Of a stretch of 64,000 nt of DNA, positions 27,001 to 35,100 are shown piece after piece; the stretch's first letter is position 1, and every line of letters begins with the position of its first letter. Source of the stretch: Acidobacteriota bacterium (lineage in GTDB: Bacteria; Acidobacteriota; UBA6911; RPQK01; JAJDTT01). A model generated the notes under the pieces. It saw nothing but the letters and a program-made list of their open reading frames with translations. It was not told the origin of the DNA and ran no database searches. Position numbers and translations under genes: made by a program. Location: positions 1 to 64,000 of the forward strand of contig CBDCJH010000002.1 in assembly GCA_965217775.1 (NCBI GenBank), given 5' to 3'.

Positions 27001-30000
27001 CGGATCCCGGTTTCTCCGTACTCCGCTGCTGGACTCACCGTCAGCCGCACCTCACTCCCGGTCACCTGAACCCGGGTCACGGTGCGCATCTCGTTGCCTC
27101 CCTCCACGGTGAAGTCACTCGTCGCCGGCCGGGAGGACGTATTCAGGGGTTCGTTGTAGGTCAGCGTCAGCGTCGCACCGTTGACCACCGCCGGGTCGGT
27201 CGGGGCCAGCGCCGGAGCCACCGCGTCCACCTGGTGGCTCATACTGGCCGCCACTGCGTCGTGATCCAAGGTAGCGTTATTGCCCGCCCCGTCGCGGATC
27301 GTTCCTCCAGACAGGCGGTTCGCCTCGATGCTCACCCCATCCTCGTCGGAATCGTCCGTCACCACGCGGTAGGTGAACTTCATGGCCCGGTTTGAGACGC
27401 TCCGGTACTCCGCCGTCGGATTCCGGCCCCCGACGTTCAGCGTCACTTCGGGCGTTCCCGTCACCACCACCGTCTCGTCAAACGTCACCGTCACTTCAAT
27501 GGTGTCGTCCACGCCGTAGGTCCGATCCGATCCCGCACTCGACGTGATTCGCACCGTTGACACCGTCGGCCCTGTCGTGTCTCCCGTCTTGTTGGAGACG
27601 CTCTTGTTGCTCAACCGGTCCGCGTCGTTGCCGGCCATGTCCTGGATCGGATTCGATCCCAGCTCATAGCCCACCCGGAGGCCACTTTCTCCGTCCGTGA
27701 CTGCTGGGCTCAGCGTCAAGAACACCGCGCTTCCGCTGACCCGGACTCCGGTGACCGTCCGGGTCTCACTCCCTCCGGTCACGCTGAAGTCGTCCGACGC
27801 AGGCTCCGACGACGAATCCAAAGGCTCGCCATAGGCCAGGTTGAGCGTCGTCCCGTTGGCCACCGCCCCGTCGGATGTCGCCAGCGCCGGTTTGATCCCG
27901 TCCACCTGGTGCTGGGAATCGGCCGCCACCGGCGCATGGGTCAGCACCGCGTTGTTCCGGGCTCCGTCACGGATGGTCCCACTGGAGAGACGATTGGCAT
28001 CAATGCTCACCCCGTAGGGGGCCGTGTCGCCCGTAACCACCTGGTACTCGAATCTCACGGCCGCCCCTGTGACGTCTTGGTAGTTGGCCGTCCGGCTCCG
28101 GCCCCCCACGTTCAACGTCAGCCGCGGCGTTCCCGTCACCACCACCGTCTCGTCAAACGTCACCGTCGCTTCGATGGTGTCGCCGGCCGCGTACGTCGAA
28201 TCCGACCCGGCATTGGAGGTGATCTGCACCGTCTCGATCGTCGGACCCGCCGTGTCCCCTGTGTTATTCGTGACCGGTTCGTTGTTCAACGCGTCCGCGG
28301 CGTTGCCCACCTTGTCCCGGATCAGATTCCCACTCGGCACGTAGCTCATCCGGAGGCCGAATTCCGTGTCCTGCACCGCCGGACTCAGGGTCAGGAAAAC
28401 AGCGTTCCCGCTCACCGACACGCTCGTCACCGTTCGCGTCTCACTGCCTCCCGTCACGGTGAAGGCGCTCGCCGCCGGCCGCGAGGAGGACCTCAGCGGC
28501 TCGCTGTAAGCCAGAGTCAGTGTGGTTCCGTTCACGACTGCCCCATCCGTCGTGGCCAGCATCGGAGCCACGCCATCCACCTTGTGCCGCGAGTTGGCTG
28601 CCACTCCCGCGTGGTCTAACGTCGCGTCATTTCGAGCTCCGTCGCGGATCGTCCCCCCAGACAGGCTGTCCGAGTCAATGCTGACCCCGTCCCGGTCCCG
28701 GTCGCCCGAGACCACCTTGTACTCGAATTTGACGGCGGAGCCCGAGACGCTCTCGTACTCCGCCGTTCGGTTCTGTCCGCCCACTTTCAAGGTCAATTCG
28801 GGCGTCCCTGTCACCACCACCGTCTCGTTAAACGTCACCGTCACCTCGATGGCATCGTCCACGGCGTAAGTGGAATCCGATCCCGCAATCGAGGTGATCC
28901 TCAGGGTCTGCACCGCCGGTCCCGTCGTGTCGCCCGTGACGTTGGTGACACTCCGGCTGCTTAACCGGGCCGCATCGTTGCCCGCCGTGTCCTGGATCGG
29001 GGCCGCTCCCGACCCGGTCGGCACCGTGTAGCTCACCCGGAGGCCCGTCTCCCCGTGTTCCACCGCCGAACTCAGCGTCAACTCCACTGCGCTCCCGCTT
29101 ACCCGGACTCCCGTGACCGTCCGCGTCTGGTTGCCCCCCGTCACGGAGAAGGCGTCGGTCCCCGGCTCCGAGGATATGTCCAATGGCTCACTGTAGGCCA
29201 GACTCAGCATGGTTCCGTTGGCAACCGCCCCGTCGGTCGTCGCCAGAGTGGGCTTGATGCCGTCCACCTTCTGCCCAGTGTCGGCCGTCACCGCCGTGTG
29301 GGTCCGGACCGCATTGTTCCTGGCGATGTCCCGGATCGTCCCCCCGGACACGCTGCCCGCCTCGATACTCACCCCGTCCGTGTCGCTGTCGTTGACGTCC
29401 ACCGTGTAGACAAACACGACCTCCGACCCAGTGACGCTCTCGTAGTTCGCCGATCGATCCCGCTCCCCCACCTTCAACGTCACCCGCGGGGTCCCGGACA
29501 CGGTGACGGTCTCGCTGAAGGTCAACTTCACCTCAATCTCGTCGTCGATGCCGTAGACGTCCCGGCTGTCCGGAGGATCCGACGTGATCTCCACCGAGGT
29601 GACCGTCGGTGGAATCCGGTCCGGTGTCTGGTTCGTCACCGGCTGGCTGCCCAGTCCGTCCGCATCGTTACCGACCCGGTCCTGAATCGGCATCGCCTCC
29701 ATCCCGGTCGGGATGATGTAGCTCACCTGGATCCCCGTCTCCCAATGCTCCACCGCCGGGGACAGCGTGAGTCGCACCGTGCTTCCGCTCACCACGGCCC
29801 CGGACACTGTTCGCGATGAAGAGCCTCCGGAAACGAAGAAAGCACCGGGCAGTGGCATCGAAGAGGAGTCCAGAGACTCGGTGTATGTCAGCGTCAGCGT
29901 CGCCCCGTTGACCACGGCGCCGTCGGTCATGACCAACTCCGGCTTGATGCCGTCCACCTTGTGCCGCGATTGGTTCCCCAATGCGCGATGATCCAGGTTG

Positions 30001-33000
30001 GCCTCGTTGTCCGAGCCGTCCTTGATCGTACCGCCATTGAGCGAAAGGCTGTCCGCCTCGATACTCACTCCGTTGGTATCAATGTCGCCGGTCCCGACCC
30101 GATAGTGGAACAGGACGTCCGCATCCGTGACGCTGTCGTAGTCCGCCGTTCGTTCCTGGTCCCCCACCATAAGAGTCAACTGCGGGGTCCCCGTCACCAA
30201 GACATCGTCGCTGAGGGTCACCGTCACCTCGATCAAATCACCGATCGCGTAGGTTGAATCCGATCCTGCGTCCGACGTGATCTCCAGTTGGCTCACCGTT
30301 GCCAGGACCGGAATGTCCACCATCACCCGGGCACTGCGGCTCGATTCGCCGCCATTGATTACGGCCGCTACCTGATAGGTATAGGTGTTGCCGCCGGTCA
30401 CCTCAGAATCGACGTATGAGCGGCTTGCAGTGTTCTCAGAGAGGACCTCACGGGTCGTGCCATCGTCTCGGGTCACGATGTAGGACAAACTTGGCGCCGA
30501 GGTCCATTCACTACTCAGATCCACCGCCGTCCATTCCAATTCCACCTGGTTTTGCCCATCACTCGTTGCCGATCTTGCAGTCAAGGTCGGTCCGGACCGT
30601 AGCTGGTAACCGAACTCCTCCCACGTTGCGTCCCCGTCCCCATCAAAATCCACAACCAGCACCGGATACTCGTCGGTCCCCCCGAAGTCCCATTCGTCAG
30701 CATCCCAATCCGCATAGATGCCGGTGTCGGCGGTGGGCGCCTGGAGCTGCTCGGTGGTCTGGCCGGTCCCGTGGTCTCCGGTCGCCTGCCCCGAGGTTGT
30801 CGTGTCCCAGTAACTGGCTGTGATCGTACTGCTGCCGAGCCCTCCGACCAGCCCGCCGATGCTCGTCTCCCCCGATACCCGGCCCGTGGCGTAACTCGCT
30901 CGGACCGTGTTGCCAGCTTCATACCCAACCAGGCCGCCGACAGACGATCTCCCCGACACGTCGCCCGTGGCGTAACTCGCCTCGATGATGATGCCAAGAT
31001 TCCACCCGACCAAGCCGCCGACAGACGAACTTCCCGACACCTTGGCGGCCGCATAGCTGGTCCGGACACTTTTGTAGTTAGACCCGACCAAGCCGCCGGT
31101 ATTGCCTAAGCCTGACACTTGGCCCGTGACGTAGCATGCCGTGATGGTGCCCAGATTAGTCCCGATCAGGCCGCCGACGTGCGTTCTTGCTGCCACATCG
31201 ACCTGGATCAGCCCGACGTGACGGATCTCGGCCACCCAGTCGGTATATCCAAACAACCCGGCATAGTTCGTCGAGGACCGATCAATGAACAGGTTGCGAA
31301 TGGTGTGGCCATTACCCTCGAACGTTGTCAGAAAATCAGATCCGCTCCTCCCAATGGGGTTCCATCCGGCGCCGTTGTTCCAGTAGGCGTCGTCTGAGTC
31401 GACATCTCCATCGCCGTCAGTGTCGAAGTCGAGATCCGCCATCAGCTCATAGCCACGACACTCAAGGACGCAACGGAGTTGTGAGTCCGCTTCCGGATAC
31501 GCGTCGGGAAACGCCGCGCGATAGGCACTCGCCCCGCCGGCCGTGGGGACGCCGTCGCCGTTTCGATCATGACGGACCGCGTCGAGTTGGGCGAGCGTCG
31601 TGATCTCGATGAGCCCATCGCCGTCGGTGTCGTAGTGCCGCTCCTTTGTCACATTCGTCACTTCGTGTCTGCGCAAGCTTGCCGCTGGGTTGCCCGCGAG
31701 ATCCCGGATGAGGTGGGGCGTGCCAAAAACCGAAATATTTGAAAATTTCACCGTCACCACCTCGCCCGCCAAGACCGGATCCCACAGCGTCACCGTCATG
31801 ACCGATCCGTCCACCACCACGTTAGGCACATATCTGCCACTCTCGGGGTGGTTGACCGCCACGGTGAAAAACGCTGAGGCCCGGGGCGCCGGCTGGGCCA
31901 ACGGCTCGTCGTAGGTCAGCGTCAGTATCGTTTCATCCACTACGGCCATCTGCAGCACCGGCTTGACGCCGTCCACACGGTGGTTCGCGTCGGAGGCGAG
32001 CGCACTGTGCGTCCGGCTCGCGTTCCGATTGGCGCTGTCCCGGATCGTGCCGCCGTTGAGCGACAGCGCGTTCTCGGCAATGCTCACCCCATCCGTATCG
32101 GTTTCGTCGGTGGCCACCTCGTAGGAAAACGTCACGGCATTGCGCGCCACTCCTTGATACGACGCCTGGCGCGTGTTGCTCTCCACCATCAGCCCGAGTT
32201 GCGGCGACCCCGTCACAATGACCGTCTTGTCAAAGCGCACCGTGGCTTCGATCTCCTCGCCCACCGCATATCCACCGCCAGGGTCCGAGGTCAGCGACAC
32301 GCTCAGGACGCTCGGGGCGCCGGTCACGGTATCGTTGTCGGTCAGCATGACCGTGGCGGTGGCCGGGCTGCCTGCACTCACGCCGCCGGGCAGCAGATAG
32401 CCCAGGGTCAGGGTCACGGTCTCATCGTCATCGTCCACGGCATCGTCGACGGCCGTGACGGTGAAGGTCTTTTCGGTCTCGTTCGCAGCGAAGGACACGC
32501 TGGCCGGTACGGTGTAGTCGGACGCTGCGGCGCCGGTGGTACTCGTTGCCGTGACCGGAATGTCAATCGCGCGGCTGGGCTCGTCGCTCACGCGGACCGT
32601 CACGGTCGCCGTGATTCCACCCTCGGTTGCGGTGTATGTCTCGGCATCAAAGGACACCGTGATCGCCGGCGCGCTCCGGTAGTTCGCCACGTAGCCGCGC
32701 GTCCGGTTGAGCATTCGCACCGCATCGGACGGACCGTCGGCGCCCGGTGACGGATCGAGGCCGGCCTTGCCCAGGGGGTCGCCGCCGGGATCGGGATAGA
32801 TCTGATCCGGATTCGAGAAGCGGAGAATTTGCGAGCATCGGCCGCACTGGTTGGGGTACGCCATGATGGTACGCCAGAAGGCGGTGTCGGGTGCGCCCGG
32901 CTCCAGCGCCTCCTGGTTGACGTAGCCAAAGGCGTATGGAAACCGCGTGAAACCGCCGCAGTTGCTGCCGCAGACCTGGTACCGGTCATGGCGGACACCC

Positions 33001-33956
33001 ATGATGTGGCCCAGTTCGTGCGCGAATGTAGGGGCGGAGTAAGCATTGACCGCGCCAAAGGCAGAAGATTCGGAGCTTGTTGACGGGACATTTAGCTGGT
33101 ACGCGCGGCCTGATTGCCCGGCGGCTATCAGCAGTACGATGTCCGCGGCAACCTCATCGCGAATGTCGTGGATCTCGTCCATATATCCATCCGACGTCGA
33201 GCGCAGACGACCGACATCTATGGCCAAATCGTTGGTCTCCCTGTATCCCACCACTTCCTCGGCCGCTACCAAGTTGATGCGCTGATTCGCGCCGCTGTTG
33301 CTGTAGGCCATGTTGGTCTCCGCGACCATGAGGTCGATCGCGGTCGCGATCGCGTCAGTCCCACCCACGTTCTCCCGGGCAGCCGACGTGTAAAAGACCG
33401 CCACGTCAATCACCGACTGCTCGGCCGACGGACAGATCAGGCCGCTGAAGGTGATTGTGGACAGCCACGTTTGAAAGGTGTCATCCCCCGGCGCGCAGAG
33501 TTCGGTCTTCTCGATGTTCACGGTCTCCAGGTCGGACAGCTCGCGCAGACCGTCAGGAAGTGATCCGGTCAATGCCCGGCTCTCGCTGAGGAGCAGGGAC
33601 GTGAGATTGGTCAGGTTGGCCAACTCCGACGGGAGGGCGCCGCTGAGAGCGTTGTCTTGCAAATCCAACTGTTCGAGCTCGCTCAGGTCGCCCAACGCCG
33701 TCGGTAGCGTCCCGTCCAAACCATTGCCGTTCAGCACCAGGGCCGTGACGCGCCCGTCACTGTTGGTGGTCACGCCGGACCATGAAGACAGCGGCTCCGT
33801 GCTCGTCCAGTTGGTATTGGTCGTCCAGTTCGCACCGTCCGTGGCGTTGTAGAGCGCGGTCAGAGCAGCCTTGTCGGTGGCGACGGAGTTCTGGGCATGG
33901 ACGTGGCCTGCCACACCGAAGGGGAGCACGAAAAGGAGAACTCGAAAGAGGCGCAT
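24096..33956 (-). CDS. Giant secreted protein 1: LRR + reprolysin-like (metzincin) protease + Calx-beta + GLUG + 7 Ig/SwmB-like repeat pairs + poly-Pro + FN3 + tandem conserved C-terminal domains
   Basis: Signal peptide MRLFRVLLFVLPFGVAGHVHA; LRR (LxxLxLxxNxLxG); HELGHIMGVRHD zinc motif near 32985-33020 with Met-turn TIMAY; VGGLVG repeats; start chosen at ATG 33956 within ORF ending at 34115. Confidence 0.88.
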   Translation of the reverse strand: MRLFRVLLFVLPFGVAGHVHAQNSVATDKAALTALYNATDGANWTTNTNWTSTEPLSSWSGVTTNSDGRVTALVLNGNGLDGTLPTALGDLSELEQLDLQDNALSGALPSELANLTNLTSLLLSESRALTGSLPDGLRELSDLETVNIEKTELCAPGDDTFQTWLSTITFSGLICPSAEQSVIDVAVFYTSAARENVGGTDAIATAIDLMVAETNMAYSNSGANQRINLVAAEEVVGYRETNDLAIDVGRLRSTSDGYMDEIHDIRDEVAADIVLLIAAGQSGRAYQLNVPSTSSESSAFGAVNAYSAPTFAHELGHIMGVRHDRYQVCGSNCGGFTRFPYAFGYVNQEALEPGAPDTAFWRTIMAYPNQCGRCSQILRFSNPDQIYPDPGGDPLGKAGLDPSPGADGPSDAVRMLNRTRGYVANYRSAPAITVSFDAETYTATEGGITATVTVRVSDEPSRAIDIPVTATSTTGAAASDYTVPASVSFAANETEKTFTVTAVDDAVDDDDETVTLTLGYLLPGGVSAGSPATATVMLTDNDTVTGAPSVLSVSLTSDPGGGYAVGEEIEATVRFDKTVIVTGSPQLGLMVESNTRQASYQGVARNAVTFSYEVATDETDTDGVSIAENALSLNGGTIRDSANRNASRTHSALASDANHRVDGVKPVLQMAVVDETILTLTYDEPLAQPAPRASAFFTVAVNHPESGRYVPNVVVDGSVMTVTLWDPVLAGEVVTVKFSNISVFGTPHLIRDLAGNPAASLRRHEVTNVTKERHYDTDGDGLIEITTLAQLDAVRHDRNGDGVPTAGGASAYRAAFPDAYPEADSQLRCVLECRGYELMADLDFDTDGDGDVDSDDAYWNNGAGWNPIGRSGSDFLTTFEGNGHTIRNLFIDRSSTNYAGLFGYTDWVAEIRHVGLIQVDVAARTHVGGLIGTNLGTITACYVTGQVSGLGNTGGLVGSNYKSVRTSYAAAKVSGSSSVGGLVGWNLGIIIEASYATGDVSGRSSVGGLVGYEAGNTVRASYATGRVSGETSIGGLVGGLGSSTITASYWDTTTSGQATGDHGTGQTTEQLQAPTADTGIYADWDADEWDFGGTDEYPVLVVDFDGDGDATWEEFGYQLRSGPTLTARSATSDGQNQVELEWTAVDLSSEWTSAPSLSYIVTRDDGTTREVLSENTASRSYVDSEVTGGNTYTYQVAAVINGGESSRSARVMVDIPVLATVSQLEITSDAGSDSTYAIGDLIEVTVTLSDDVLVTGTPQLTLMVGDQERTADYDSVTDADVLFHYRVGTGDIDTNGVSIEADSLSLNGGTIKDGSDNEANLDHRALGNQSRHKVDGIKPELVMTDGAVVNGATLTLTYTESLDSSSMPLPGAFFVSGGSSSRTVSGAVVSGSTVRLTLSPAVEHWETGIQVSYIIPTGMEAMPIQDRVGNDADGLGSQPVTNQTPDRIPPTVTSVEITSDPPDSRDVYGIDDEIEVKLTFSETVTVSGTPRVTLKVGERDRSANYESVTGSEVVFVYTVDVNDSDTDGVSIEAGSVSGGTIRDIARNNAVRTHTAVTADTGQKVDGIKPTLATTDGAVANGTMLSLAYSEPLDISSEPGTDAFSVTGGNQTRTVTGVRVSGSAVELTLSSAVEHGETGLRVSYTVPTGSGAAPIQDTAGNDAARLSSRSVTNVTGDTTGPAVQTLRITSIAGSDSTYAVDDAIEVTVTFNETVVVTGTPELTLKVGGQNRTAEYESVSGSAVKFEYKVVSGDRDRDGVSIDSDSLSGGTIRDGARNDATLDHAGVAANSRHKVDGVAPMLATTDGAVVNGTTLTLAYSEPLRSSSRPAASAFTVTGGSETRTVTSVSVSGNAVFLTLSPAVQDTEFGLRMSYVPSGNLIRDKVGNAADALNNEPVTNNTGDTAGPTIETVQITSNAGSDSTYAAGDTIEATVTFDETVVVTGTPRLTLNVGGRSRTANYQDVTGAAVRFEYQVVTGDTAPYGVSIDANRLSSGTIRDGARNNAVLTHAPVAADSQHQVDGIKPALATSDGAVANGTTLNLAYGEPLDSSSEPASDDFSVTGGSETRTVTGVRVSGSAVFLTLSPAVTDGESGLRVGYELGSNPIQDMAGNDADRLSNKSVSNKTGDTTGPTVSTVRITSSAGSDRTYGVDDTIEVTVTFDETVVVTGTPEVTLNVGGRNPTAEYRSVSNRAMKFTYRVVTDDSDEDGVSIEANRLSGGTIRDGAGNNATLDHDAVAASMSHQVDAVAPALAPTDPAVVNGATLTLTYNEPLNTSSRPATSDFTVEGGNEMRTVTRVQVTGSEVRLTVSPAAEYGETGIRVSYESRSNPIQDRVGNDAEAFRDEFVDNQTPDTTAPSIEGIEISSYPGTDETYAVDDMISVTVRYDETVTVDTVRGTPTLDLLVGNRRKRASAGTGPARAAVVFVYTVEKGDEDEDGVSVPRGSIALNGGKILDLSDNPAGRSYEAVETQPDHKVDASVPGLEGVTVHGSRVSLTYDEPLDVGSRPASSDFAVTVDGNDRTVIQVQVRGNSVTLTLTSAVAAGETVRVSYTPGFDPIQDEVGNPVEALTDQRADPPLVSIAAKQGSETVTEGDPVEFTLTRGPPTEASLTVSLEVTESGSMIETSGGYEPPDEVEFPSGQDTATLEVLTDDDDVAESTSRVTARLQPGAEYRLGPTSTQSARVTVQDNEVSAPPPPPPPPPPPPPPPPPPPPPPPPPPPPAATVPTAALNLQAESGDGEVTLSWEAPESDGRSALTGYEVRIDRAGEWISTGSTDLTHTVTGLTNGRTYVFEVRAVNSVGPSPPSSPVETTPMAEEVILEFAHFGNGVSGNDVLITSDLVLVNVAESEIRPAVYFFDGEGDLFEAESVVDVGDDLEIRDDGGLSPRTEIASLGELTISTHGRGEVVTGSVRVVSDGPVGGVVRFDIPGIGVAGVGASEPTADALFPARRQDGGIRTAAAIHNLGMEAVDVQCRLMKDGRVLEEGEIKLSANGQDAQFLEEVFTETDTTDFVGSVRCTVPAGESFTGVAVELDSDNRIFTTLPVVPVEPMGGEQEATTLTFAHFANGTSADGTLITSDLVLVNVAASTARPAIYFYDRAGDLLDPESMVDIGEDLVVRGDGSLTVRTAIARLGELTISTHGRGEVVTGSVQVVSTSPIGGVLRFDIPGVGVAGVGASQPLTDALFPARRQAGRIRTAAAIRNLEPQRALVRCRLMSQGEELERVDIRLDGNGQNARFIEEVFTRTDTTDFVGSVRCTAAGDGMFTGVAVELDTGNQIFTTLPVVPVQR
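25800..25883 (-). repeat. Poly-proline tract (28 Pro, mixed CCN codons)
   Basis: Counted directly from the sequence. Confidence 0.95.
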
Positions 33957-33996
33957 GAAGTTTGCAAGCGCGATCAGCCCTCCGGCCACCGCGTCC

Positions 33997-34596
33997 TCAG
34001 GGCACGTCGCCGGTTCCGGAATCGGGCTCCACCACGTCACATTCGAGCGGCGGCTCCTCGACCTCGCTGATGGCGTAAAGTCCGCCGCCCACCGATCGAA
34101 TCCGGTATGTGCCACCCAGCGTCCTCACCGTGCCAGCGACCGTCTCGCCGTTGACGACGAGGGTCAGCGTGCCCACCGGCTCACCCACCACCCGGCCGGA
34201 GATCGAATAACCGCCCGAAAACGTCGGCGCGGTCCGTTCGACGATCCCGGTGAACACGATGTCCTCGAACAGATTCAGAGTCAGGGTTCCATCCTTTCCG
34301 GGCTCCACATCACGCTGGGGACGACGCGGGGACACAGTCTTGGTGTGAACACGGGAGTGGGGGAAAACGGAGGCGGCTGCCCGGGCGCGCTGCAGCCGTT
34401 CCAAGTCCATCGTCACCAACCGACGGCGGACCGTTATGGCATCGAGCGCGGCCGGCACAGGCGAATCCAGCTGCGCCTCCACAGGATCGATGGGGGAAAA
34501 GAGGCCGTCGCGCTGGGCCGCGACGGCTGGGGCGGGCGACCAGACCAGCCATAGGACAGAGACTGCTGTGACATACTGCGCACTTGGCCACGACAT
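33997..34596 (-). CDS. Stand-alone secreted propeptide-like protein of reprolysin-type proteases (copy 1)
   Basis: AAGGAGG RBS, signal peptide ending AVAA-Q, LTLNLFEDIVFTGIVERTAPTFSGGYSISGR..TYRIR; C-terminal PPLEC Cys; no zinc motif. Confidence 0.7.
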   Translation of the reverse strand: MSWPSAQYVTAVSVLWLVWSPAPAVAAQRDGLFSPIDPVEAQLDSPVPAALDAITVRRRLVTMDLERLQRARAAASVFPHSRVHTKTVSPRRPQRDVEPGKDGTLTLNLFEDIVFTGIVERTAPTFSGGYSISGRVVGEPVGTLTLVVNGETVAGTVRTLGGTYRIRSVGGGLYAISEVEEPPLECDVVEPDSGTGDVP

Positions 34597-35100
34597 GGAA
34601 CGGTCCTCCTTTCCTTGATGCCTCGGCCCCTAAGCCGAACTTCTCACCAAGGAGCGGGATAATCGCGCAAAACCGGGGTTGGCAACCAGGATCACCATCA
34701 TGCGAGCATCATGGAGTCGCTGTGACGCGATAGGGAAACTTCATCTGGTCGCTATCGGGCTATTTTTATCACTTTCGGATGACATGGCTTGTGGGTTGGT
34801 GCTCCGAGAGGATGAACACCTCAGCCGGAATGGGCTCACCGGGTGGGGAAAGAAGAGGGTGGAAAAGCGCCCGGACGGCGCAGGAAACAGGGCGTCAGAG
34901 GTCTTCGATAGGGTCCAATAAGCTCAACTTATCGGACCCTATTCCCTCTTGGCGGCGTCTGACCCATTTTCTGACCCGTGTTTCTCCGGCGGTTTGGAGC
35001 TGAATCGCTTCCCTCGGCATCCTCCCCTTTTTCCGGTAGAGCATCCTTTAATTTCAGATAACAGACGTCGACCGGGGTACTCATAGATACAGAGAGATCG

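Noticed and set aside
33950-34005. Programmed +1 frameshift at CCC-TGA fusing the propeptide gene to the giant protease
   Set aside because: Both propeptide genes end in CCC TGA G, and the +1 frame is in frame for gene 1. For gene 3 an extra base puts the giant ORF in a different frame, and both giant ORFs have their own signal peptides. Only a single-base error near 56985 would revive the idea.
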